From assembly GCA_946965045.2 (NCBI GenBank), contig OX337228.1, positions 6,076,001 to 6,140,000 of the forward strand: a DNA stretch of 64,000 nt, given 5' to 3'. A program made the translations under genes and the position numbers. The notes beneath the pieces were generated by a model that ran no database searches, was not told the origin of the DNA, and saw nothing but the letters and a program-made list of their open reading frames with translations. The number at the start of each line of letters is the position of its first letter. Within the stretch, counting starts at the first letter, position 1. This DNA comes from Epithemia pelagica. Taxonomy: Eukaryota > Protista > Bacillariophyta. Below, in pieces: positions 54,965 to 64,000 of the stretch.

Positions 54965-57900
54965 TTAATACCGGCGGTAGCCCTTGCTGGTATTGTATTG
55001 GATGCGAGCAGCCGGATCGCTCAACACTTCATACGCCATTTGGACTTTGCGGAAGGTGTCGCCAGCGCTGGGATCCTTATTCTTGTCCGGATGGAATTTC
55101 AAGGCCATCTTGCGATATGCCTTCTTGATTTCATCATCAGAGGCTCGGACACTCACATCCAAAATGGAATAGTGGTCCGAAGGATCTTTAGGGGTTTCAC
55201 TGACAGAACGATGACGACGATTGCTGTTATTTCGGGTGTTTTCCGTCTCATTGCGCCACGAGTTGTTGCTCCGGGCACGAGGATCGCTCGACTGTGAACG
55301 CGGTCCATGATTACGGAATGAGTCCCAACGTCTGGAACCACTGTTTTGGTTAGCCCATTGCTCGCGACGATCTTGAGCTGTTTCCTTGCCTCCCCACGAT
55401 GATGTCGACGACGAGGAGAAGTCGTACCGCTGTTGATGTTCCTGACGCCGCGCAGCTTCTTCTCTGGCCGCTGCTTCCGCTTTACGTTTCGCGGCGTAGA
55501 CCGCATCCAGTTCACCATTTGCATCTCGAACGGCTTCTGGTTTCACATCCTTGGGACCGTCAAAGATACAAGGAGTAACAACAGTGTTTTGGCGCGAAAC
55601 CTGTTTGGCCTCCTCGACCAAATCAAGCCACCGCTTGTACTCTGAAATCGCTTCTTGGTAGCGACACAGACGAGAGTAACACCGCGCACGTCGGAGCATG
55701 GCTTTCATGTAGCGTGAGTGAATGTGCAATGCAGACGAGCACTCTTCCAACGCATCTCGATGACGTTTCATTGCCATGAGGCAAGCCGCACGGTTGCAGT
55801 GCAAAACAGCATGAAGTCGTCCTCCTGCATTGGGTCCATCAAGATTATCGACAGAACCTTCGGAATCAATGTTTAGACAATTGGCATAATGCGCAGCTGC
55901 AAGCTCAAATTGACCAACTCTGAATAATTCATCCCCTTTTTCGCGGCCATTCTTGGTGCGATTCAACTTATTCCGCTCTTGCTTCAACCACGCAAATTCC
56001 GATTGGAGCTTGTTGTCTGGATATTTGGTACTTCCGTTTGCCACAAAGCTCTCCAAGGCCGAAAGACAACTTTCGGCTGCTGGATAGCGCTCTTCTAATC
56101 GAAGAGAACGCATATACCAGGGGATCATACATGGTGGTATCCAGAACACTGCTTCCGCAGAAGCTTTCGAATTGAGCTTGAGTTCTGCTGTTTCGGCATT
56201 CTCTTCACGCGAATCTCCAAAGAAATCTGGGGATAAATGCTGGGGGGCAGACGACATTGGAAGGAAGCCCTTTCCTTCCAAATCACCCACAAACACACCA
56301 CCCATGCGAGAGTTCGAAGCGGCCAAACGTTCGCAATACCCAGCAATTTCTCGCCAGCGCTTCATTCTAGCCAGAATGTTAACATTGGCCTGGATGAAAA
56401 ACAAAGAACCCGAAGCGATCGAAAGAGCTGAATTGACATGAGCCAAGGCTTCCGCCAAGCATCGGCGACTCGACGATCCTGCTTTGGTGTACATTTCCGC
56501 AGCTTTAGATACCACATCGGTCGCCTCTCGAAGCTTCTCAGTATCTGCTTTTCCCAGTGTGGCTTCAGTAGTCATTTGTTCCAAAAGGGATCGATGTTGG
56601 GCATGTTCCTCTCGACTGTGCACCGCGGCACTCTTTTCAATGGCAACTTGCGCCTTGCAAATCGCTTCGTCGAATGATTTGGAGGCACCATCAAAGTCAC
56701 CTTGCTTCAGAAGCGCCCGACCATGTCGTGTTAAGAGTTTCACTTCGAGCGGTGGCCCACCATCGCTAGAAAAATGCTCTCCGTTTTTGGAAATGTGCTT
56801 CAGGCCATCACGGCAATCACAGGCCGACACTTCGAATGCCCCAATCATTAACAGTGCGGCTGCTCGGTTCGAATGGAGGACTGCTAAGAAATCTCCCAAT
56901 TGAATACGAGCTGGGCTTTCGGATAGCATTTTAATACCAATGGTATAATGGCGAATTGAAGCCCCATAATCACCTTTCATGTAGCATCCACGAGCGTCTT
57001 CCTTGATTGCCGCAATGGAATTCTTCATCTCCGAATAATCTTGGGCAACGGCTTCTTGCGACATGCTACGGCTCGTCGTAGGTACAGTCGCTGTTACCTC
57101 TGCCGCGGCAGAGGCCATGGAAGATGCCGGCGCAGAGGCCGAAAAAGGGCGACGTTGGGATGACCCCTTGTTGTGTCTTCGGGACGATCCACCTGTGACG
57201 CTCCCCATTGTAAATTCATACTTGCTTTCCTTCAACACAGAAGGGGAGTTGTTGTTGTTGTTGGAGGTGGATGACAAAGGAGTTGTGGAGATGTCCATTT
57301 GATCTGAATCACTCGAGACACCCGATGGCTGATGCGGCGATGTGGACGTGGTCAAGGGGACTGTCGGACGATAAACACTAGAAGTTCCAATGGGAGCCGG
57401 TTTGTTCACGTTTCGGCGACCACGTGCCAGCTTTCGAGATCTTCGATTCGTTCCACCCCCACTGGTACCAAACTCAGCCACAAACGGCAGGACTGAAGGT
57501 CCTAGATTCGGTGCCACATTGTGAGACAGGGAGGGCTGCTCCAACTTGGCTTTTTCGGCCGGAGACGCCGCACTGACAGTTTCGGGTCGACTGTACATTC
57601 CAGGGTTGGTCGTTGCACCTTCTCCCATTCCACCCGTGTGGTTATGATTGTTGGTGGCAGCTGCCGAGGGTGAAAAACTAAAGGATTGGTGAATTTTGGG
57701 TGTGGGGCCTTTTCGTCGATGTTTGTTCTTGTCTGTCTTGAACGTCGCGGCGTTTTCCTTGGCCGGAGGCGTAAAAAAGTCGGGAACTGGTGAGGCGTCC
57801 ATGTACACAGGCTCTTGTTGTGGTTCTTTGGTGGCCGAGCCACGAAAGGAAGGAGAAGGTTCGACGGGGCCCGGGATTTCCGCTGCCGTATGAAGAGGAA

Positions 57901-59242
57901 TACTATTGGAATCGCAGGCCGGCACTTGCACCGGAGAAAAATTGCGAGGTGGAATCACTGTCGCCGCTCCGGCTCCGTCATCTTCTCGTCGTGGTGTGGG
58001 TCGACCCGATGGTGAGTAACTTCGGGTACGCTGTCGAGGCGATTCGGCAATTCCAGCTTGATCTTTTTCTTGCAGACCCGGACGATTGAGCGAAGGCGAC
58101 TGGGGTGTTGCTGTTCCAGCTGCCGGTGACGGGGGTCGGCCAAAGACAGCATGAGGCTGGGGGGAATCAGTCCTTCGTTTCGGTGAAGATGCGGCCGTAG
58201 GATAAAGTCTCGACTTTTTGGGAGAGAGTTCGGAGATGGTTCGTCGCTCCGGTTCGGATTCTACCTCTCCATTCTTCGTTCCAAACACATTGTGAAAGGA
58301 CGCTTCGGGTTGTCTTGGTACATGAGGCGGCGGCGCCAAAGGACCGGAAAAGGAGGTATCCGACCCAGTTTCGTTATTGTTGCCAGAGGTAGCTCCAAGA
58401 GGTATCTTCATGGTGGAAAAGGGATCAAACGCGGGCGGTTGTTGTTGATGTTGAGTTGCAGCATTCGCTCCAGTGGGTGTTGCTGTAGCGTTATTATTGG
58501 AATGACTATTGCTATTAGAATTGGAGGGTCTTCGTGGCGAGATCAAGACTTTTCGTGACCGCATAGCCGAACCAGAACGTGATGGTGCCCGTGGCCTTCG
58601 CATGGGTGAAAATTGAGGTGGTGGACGCAGTTGAGACGTGTGTTGTTGTTGTTGTTGTTGTTGATGCTGAGGCGATCCTAGGCCAGAAGGCACATTCTTG
58701 TTGGAAGAAGAAGAAGAAGAAAAGTCTCCTGTAGGACTGCTGCGTGTCGGTTTCACATTGAGATGTGTTTCCATAGGATCCTCGGCCGAAGTCGTGGCCG
58801 AAGTCGTGGATTCGGTGGACCATGTACATTGCACTCCTACACTATCTCCTCCTTTGCTTCCCATTCCAGCCGAATTCGCAGAGGGAGAGGACCTTGGTTT
58901 TCCCACAAAGGGAATCGAAGCCGATGGCGTTTTGGGTAAGGGAGAATTCATCTTGCTTTCTCCCGAATCAACGCCCGCACCCGTAGATCCATGGTCACCA
59001 AAGCCTCCCGCATCGCGTTGCTGCGGTGGTGGTGGCTGTTGATGATATTGCTTGTTCATGGAGAGTGTCATAAAATGTTCCGCCAGCTGCACGTACGCTT
59101 GTTTGCCAAACGTCGTGACGCCCAACCGATCTTGCAGTGCTTCGGCTATTTCGGCCACATCAGGGTAGCCACCTTTCCCATTGCCATTGGTGGAACCCGT
59201 CAGCGTCATCCGATCAACCATTGCCTGTAAATCTTCCGCCAT
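54965..59242 (-). CDS. TPR plus C-terminal J-domain protein (DNAJC7-like) with a long disordered N-terminus
   Basis: TPRs LHSNRAAALLMIG and LHCNRAACLMAMKRH..ALHIHSRYMKAMLRRAR. J domain DHYSILDV...IKKAYRKMALKFHPDKN..FRKVQMAYEVLSD. Confidence 0.9.
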   Translation of the reverse strand: MAEDLQAMVDRMTLTGSTNGNGKGGYPDVAEIAEALQDRLGVTTFGKQAYVQLAEHFMTLSMNKQYHQQPPPPQQRDAGGFGDHGSTGAGVDSGESKMNSPLPKTPSASIPFVGKPRSSPSANSAGMGSKGGDSVGVQCTWSTESTTSATTSAEDPMETHLNVKPTRSSPTGDFSSSSSSNKNVPSGLGSPQHQQQQQQQHTSQLRPPPQFSPMRRPRAPSRSGSAMRSRKVLISPRRPSNSNSNSHSNNNATATPTGANAATQHQQQPPAFDPFSTMKIPLGATSGNNNETGSDTSFSGPLAPPPHVPRQPEASFHNVFGTKNGEVESEPERRTISELSPKKSRLYPTAASSPKRRTDSPQPHAVFGRPPSPAAGTATPQSPSLNRPGLQEKDQAGIAESPRQRTRSYSPSGRPTPRREDDGAGAATVIPPRNFSPVQVPACDSNSIPLHTAAEIPGPVEPSPSFRGSATKEPQQEPVYMDASPVPDFFTPPAKENAATFKTDKNKHRRKGPTPKIHQSFSFSPSAAATNNHNHTGGMGEGATTNPGMYSRPETVSAASPAEKAKLEQPSLSHNVAPNLGPSVLPFVAEFGTSGGGTNRRSRKLARGRRNVNKPAPIGTSSVYRPTVPLTTSTSPHQPSGVSSDSDQMDISTTPLSSTSNNNNNSPSVLKESKYEFTMGSVTGGSSRRHNKGSSQRRPFSASAPASSMASAAAEVTATVPTTSRSMSQEAVAQDYSEMKNSIAAIKEDARGCYMKGDYGASIRHYTIGIKMLSESPARIQLGDFLAVLHSNRAAALLMIGAFEVSACDCRDGLKHISKNGEHFSSDGGPPLEVKLLTRHGRALLKQGDFDGASKSFDEAICKAQVAIEKSAAVHSREEHAQHRSLLEQMTTEATLGKADTEKLREATDVVSKAAEMYTKAGSSSRRCLAEALAHVNSALSIASGSLFFIQANVNILARMKRWREIAGYCERLAASNSRMGGVFVGDLEGKGFLPMSSAPQHLSPDFFGDSREENAETAELKLNSKASAEAVFWIPPCMIPWYMRSLRLEERYPAAESCLSALESFVANGSTKYPDNKLQSEFAWLKQERNKLNRTKNGREKGDELFRVGQFELAAAHYANCLNIDSEGSVDNLDGPNAGGRLHAVLHCNRAACLMAMKRHRDALEECSSALHIHSRYMKAMLRRARCYSRLCRYQEAISEYKRWLDLVEEAKQVSRQNTVVTPCIFDGPKDVKPEAVRDANGELDAVYAAKRKAEAAAREEAARRQEHQQRYDFSSSSTSSWGGKETAQDRREQWANQNSGSRRWDSFRNHGPRSQSSDPRARSNNSWRNETENTRNNSNRRHRSVSETPKDPSDHYSILDVSVRASDDEIKKAYRKMALKFHPDKNKDPSAGDTFRKVQMAYEVLSDPAARIQYNTSKGYRRY

Positions 59243-59935
59243 GGTGAATTACTGGTTGCTAGTATCTCTACTAGAGTGATTGTTTGTCGAATGAAACGTG
59301 TGTCAACAGCAGCGGAGGTGTCTATTCTCAGTTTGTCTATGTTCGAATGTATCACTCCAAAAATGCCGTATTGTAGCAGTAACAAGACGGGTCGATCGCC
59401 TCTTTCTACTTTCTGTCTACTTTTACCGAGCCGCTCTCCGTACAGTTGCAAAAATCTCGTTGTGGCTATGGTAGTGTAGGGTTTTTTGTTCATGACGCGC
59501 GCCGAGCGGGCAGTAGTATGCCTCATGTGTCGCATGTCGTAAGTACGGTGCGATGCAGGCGATTCGTGCGAAACGTCAGGATCCTGCGACCCGTACGGAT
59601 TCCGTTCCATTCGTCTATTCTCGAAAACTGTACGGGTATGTAGGAAAATGTAGACTGGCACGAGCCCCGAATGCCGAGCCATGCCGACGCCGACGCGGAC
59701 CAGGATGGAAGGCAAGAGTCGCGTGAAGATGTCGGATGGAGCTTTGTCTTTCGCGACAAAAATTTTTGGAGCTGCGCCCTGCGACCATGAATTTTTCGGT
59801 CGATCCTTTGTGCACTCCCATTGCTTTGCCTGTATTCTGTATTCTGTCTCCATTCCAGTTCACTCCGACCTTTTTGAACGCAGGGTGGGGAGGAGAATGA
59901 CTGAATGATTGGTACTCATTCTCTCCAAATGCAAA

Positions 59936-60484
59936 ATGCAAAAATTGGTCATTTTTTCCAGCCAACCAGACCAGGGCAGGAATCACCAAGGATCTCTCCT
60001 TACCATTGCTTGGCAAATCGTGCTTGTCGCAATTACTGTTTCATGTGCATCTCTATGGCTTTCCTTCCATGAGAGCCTCGTTGAACACGACGTGACATTT
60101 CGGGTGCTGGTTGTTGTACTTGTTTGTGTGGTCCTGCTACTATATAACATGGTGACCAAGAATCGGAATACAACACGAAAGCAAGACGGATTGGACTATG
60201 GTGTCTCCATTTGCCCCTTGGGAGTACAAGTGTGGGTGGAGAATTCTCAAAATCAACCATCTTCCAAGGGCTCGGTCCGAGCCTTTGTCCCACGCCACGA
60301 AATTTTGGATTGCATTGTTCAGGAACGAATCTTGGCTCATCGCGTCCGAAACTCTCTCTTGTTCCGACTCCATGGACAAAGAATCCTAGAGCCATTCCCC
60401 GAACTGGATTTGCCGTACCACGAATGTCTACGGCAACGTCGGTCAATTCAAACCGCCTTGCGAGACTATGGAATTCTGCAGTAA
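59936..60484 (+). CDS. PIGH: GPI-GlcNAc transferase subunit PIG-H-like; 5' structure uncertain
   Basis: Two adjacent TM segments, then VSICPLGVQV...AFVPRHEILDCIVQERI...LLFRL...LEPFPELDL. Confidence 0.6.
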   Translation: MQKLVIFSSQPDQGRNHQGSLLTIAWQIVLVAITVSCASLWLSFHESLVEHDVTFRVLVVVLVCVVLLLYNMVTKNRNTTRKQDGLDYGVSICPLGVQVWVENSQNQPSSKGSVRAFVPRHEILDCIVQERILAHRVRNSLLFRLHGQRILEPFPELDLPYHECLRQRRSIQTALRDYGILQ

Positions 60485-60690
60485 TGGCAGTATTGCTAGA
60501 GAAATCCAACCGCTCAAATCGATAGACCTATTCTTGTATAGACTACGAGAACTCCTTGATCCCAGGACGTAGTTGAACGGCTTTGACATTCTTTGTTCTC
60601 CAAACTCGATTTGTTATAGAAAATAGAGGTTACGGCAGGGATACCATGGCCGTGGAATGATTAAAACCCCTCTTTACTAAAAACAATAAC

Positions 60691-63600
60691 TTAGTCTATA
60701 CTTTCGCGGAATTCATGAATGCTCTGCTGTGTGGTAGTCAGTAGACGTTTGAAGAAGGACTGGTTTCCCAAAACGTTTTGAACCGCCTTGGCAATGTCTT
60801 GCGCTTGCCGACCAATCGAAACGGGCATGGAACCGAGTTCCTGGCCCAGACTCGTCATCGTCGAGGAGGACTTTTTCAGTCGGTCGTCACCCAAACAAAT
60901 GAGACCCGCGTCGTGGAGCATATCCATAACGACTTTAAAGTCTTGCTCTGACAGTGCATCGACAAGACCACCCTCCTCCAAACACGACAAGACAAAGCTT
61001 CGAAGCTTGGAGAAGGATGTACCTCGGACCTTGTTGCTGGAAAGGACAGTCAAGATACAGAGAACTGACTTGCCGTGATCCGGCAATCCCTTGATACGAT
61101 CCGAATACTCCTTGTTATGTTCCGTCAGTATCGGTGCTACATGTTTCATCAATACCAGGTACCCCGACGTAACAGATGTCAAGTCCTTGGGGGACAAGGA
61201 ATCATAGGATCGATGGACGGCTGCCGAAGCTTGCGATATGGCCGCTCGTGCGTCGCCGCGATTCGAGTTTGCAACCTTTTTCGCCAGAAAATCAAGGGCC
61301 TTGGGTTCCATCAGGTTGGTACCCATGCGACCCTCCAAGAGGCTGGTCAGGTCGTCGTGATTGTAGGCACTAAAGGTCACAACGTCAATCTTCGGTCAAC
61401 AACCAACGACAGATAGAGAGAGAGGGTAAGCCCGGGGTTATGTTCGAGAAAGCAACACTTTCCAACACATGATTGCACCTTACCTTTCGCATCATTTGAA
61501 GACGCCCAAACTTCTCGTCGCCCGATGAATTTGATATTCCAATAAGTGCAAAAGGAATGCTATCGTCGTCTGCCAACTTAAGAAGTTCACTCAAGGTATT
61601 TTCTAGAGTTGACGAAGGCGGAGGGTCGTTCGAGCTGCTTAAGAGCATGTTCTCAATTTCATCGAGGATGAAAAGAACCATAACTCCTGTCTTTTTAAAA
61701 GACTGTCTGATGCCTCCCTTTATTCCAGCAGCATCTCGGATTTTCTCGTTAATATAGTCCATTGGATCCACAACGGATGAAAGGTGCCCAGCATTGATAT
61801 AACACTCCTTTGCCTGTCCCCCGTACTCCGCGATTGCTTGGTTACAACAGCAGCGAACCACAGTTGACTTGCCCACACCGGGATCTCCGCACACGTATAA
61901 GATTGGCGGCTTTTGGGGGTCGAGACCGTACCGACCGCGCTTGTCAAGGGCGTTCTTCAGGAAAGGTGTCACGCTGTTGATATTCTTCCGCAATTGTGAA
62001 GTTTCTTTTAATTTTGGACCGATAAGAGTGGCCCAGTCAATCGGCTTCGTAAGATCAAGGGACTTTAACGCTTGCTCTAAACGTGTTCTGTTGTCGAGCT
62101 GTACAATGGAGTGTGAAGCCGAGGAATCAACACTGACGACCGTGGATTGGGATGAATGGCTAGAAGATCCCACAGACTTCTTGATGTTGTTTTTCGACCC
62201 CTGTACTCCAGAATTCGAAGAGTCACTGAAAGGAAGTGGTGACACGCTTGATGTAGGCAAGTTGTGGACAATGCTAGAATCGACGACCACATTGGTTGCT
62301 GTCTCAGCTTGACGTGAGTCATCTACGACGGTTAGATGTGGATTCTGTTCATCTCCGTCCTCCACAACAACGTGAGCTTTCGGACTTGTATGGAGTAAAT
62401 GTATCTTCTCCGGTTTCGTTGCCTCGGATCCTTTCGTTGAGTCTTTCTCAGAGTCCAAATAGGCTTCCCTTAACACTTGGTCTTTGTCGTCAGGTGTGAC
62501 ACCGTGGTCTGCCAATCTTGGGATCTTTTTTTGTCTATTTTGCTCAACAGGAGTCATTTCTGAGGGCTCCACTTGGCGCTTCATACTTGACGGGGTATCG
62601 GAGGCGACCTTTTTGTTCGATCGTTGCCTTCTTGAAATTTGCGATGGTGTGATAAAGGTTTCTCTGTATTCACTTATTGCCTCCGTCAAGTACACTTCCA
62701 AGCTCAGACGTTCCTCGTGAGGAAGCACAGATTCATCAATCCAAGCCGGGAGGCCATATCGAGCAAGGTGCTTTGTAAGATCCTCGTCGCTGTTGAACCT
62801 TTCGGCACCAGAAGGGTCACACCACATGTCGAGCCCAGACACTAGTTTTTTCTTGTATCCCGCCTTTTTCAGCAAGGAAAGATACTGCGAAATACTTTTA
62901 ATCACCTTGTATGTGGGCAACGGCTCGGTCAGATCCGCAGAGCGAACAATGGCAAAGCGGACCCAAAGGTTAATGTTTTTCTTTTCTTCATCGTTCCATC
63001 CCCCAAAGTCATCCACAAAATTTTCGCAGAGGTACTTTCGAAATTCGTCTTCTGTACGGAACCAGTCTGTCCCGTGGATCGACTCGCCTAGATTTTTGGG
63101 ATTGGTTCCCGGGCGACAAAATAGATTCTTGGCAAACTGGAATCCACCCTTTTCAAAAATCTTTTTGACTTCTCGAAACTGGATGATCTTCGTGTCGGGT
63201 GTGAAGGACTCGCCGGTAAGGGACAAGGAATCGCTAGGACTCGTAGTGCCTTTGAAGGATTTACGGTGGGATCGGCTCGACTTGCTGGAATTCGAACGCG
63301 GCGTACGGGCTTGGCTGTATTTAGAATTTTGAGATCTCTTGCTGGACCTCGTCGAATGGGATGTCGTGGCCTGTAATAAGACGGACTGTGACGGTGAATC
63401 CACTTTGCGACGATGACTTTGCGTCTCGGTCGACGCTACCGCTGTACCTGCTCGATTGGACCGCGTCGTATGTGTCGAATCGGACTTCGTGGACTGTACC
63501 AAGTCGGATTGTGAAGCAGGTGAATTCATTTTGCGACGGTGACTTTGCGCCTCGTTCGATGTGGCTGTTGTACTAGCTTGTCGAGAAGATCTATTCGACT

Positions 63601-63976
63601 GGATGCTGTCCTTTTGTTGGGTTTCCAAAAGCTCCTCTTTGTTGCTGGTCTTGTCGGAATCCAGTTCCATTGCACTACTTTCAGGGCAGGTGATTTCCTT
63701 GTTGCTTGGGGAAAGAGTTCCCTGGCGTGTTTCCACTCCATCGTCTTGTTTCTGGGCCCCACACTCGGCCAATGACGGGTCATTAACCTTGGCTGGAGCA
63801 TTGGTGGGGTTTTCAATAGTGTCTACCGCATTGTCTGTACCGGGAGGGTCTTTCCTGGCATTCGCGGGTCGATTGGTTGAAACTTGCATCCTGTTTGCCT
63901 CATCATCTCCTGCTTGTCGTGGTTTCAGTGGGGTTTCCTCCTCTCCCAACCTTGTCTCGGTTGGTTCACACGGCAT
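60691..63976 (-). CDS. CDC6: CDC6/Cdc18-like AAA+ replication-licensing ATPase; intron 61483-61390; the frame is open to the window end, so the start may lie outside
   Basis: Walker A LYVCGDPGVGKS, YINA, Walker B FILDEIE, LIGISN, TFSAYNHDDL, KKVANSNRGDARAA, then a winged-helix-like tail. Confidence 0.8.
63404..63559 (-). repeat. Two-copy 126-bp-period duplication in the CDC6 N-terminal disordered region
   Basis: TTTGCGACGATGACTTTGCGTCTCGGTCGA at 63404 matches TTTGCGACGGTGACTTTGCGCCTCGTTCGA at 63530. The peptides are SNEAQSHRRKMNSP and STETQSHRRKVDSP. Confidence 0.8.
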
Positions 63977-64000
63977 GTCTTGAGCCGTCTCGCTCTCTTG

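Noticed and set aside
59206-59853. 215-aa minus-strand ORF upstream of the DnaJ gene; likewise 33372-33800
   Set aside because: Both lie in divergent promoter regions, overlap neighbouring starts and show no motifs, so they are probably spurious.

Overview
This is gene-dense eukaryotic nuclear DNA with short GT-AG introns. The gene content and ASAF-type plastid presequences point to a diatom, probably a pennate (inference). About 24 protein-coding genes can be supported, mostly housekeeping: partial rhomboid-like protease, TPR-sulfotransferase, ankyrin protein, EED/ESC, Mpv17-ACT fusion, RRP12, HA-domain protein, two alpha-carbonic-anhydrase-like proteins, USP, SDR, PAPS transporter, NAA30, methyltransferase, HtrA, bZIP, PP1 inhibitor-3, ALDH, PDX2, TPR-DnaJ, PIG-H and CDC6. 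Two things stand out. (1) A three-exon gene at 2116-2528 has a spliced ORF with an in-frame UGA in the motif C-x2-C-x2-U-x5-C-P. A well-formed SECIS stem-loop follows at 2671-2737. This is a candidate tiny plastid-targeted selenoprotein that I cannot assign to a known family. (2) A recent 5.7-kb APE-RT-RNaseH non-LTR retrotransposon (6793-12508) has a perfect 12-bp target-site duplication. It ends in a poly(T) tail rather than poly(A) on its coding strand and sits 13 bp upstream of an ankyrin gene start codon. All family assignments come from motif recognition by eye; no database searches or folding programs were run.
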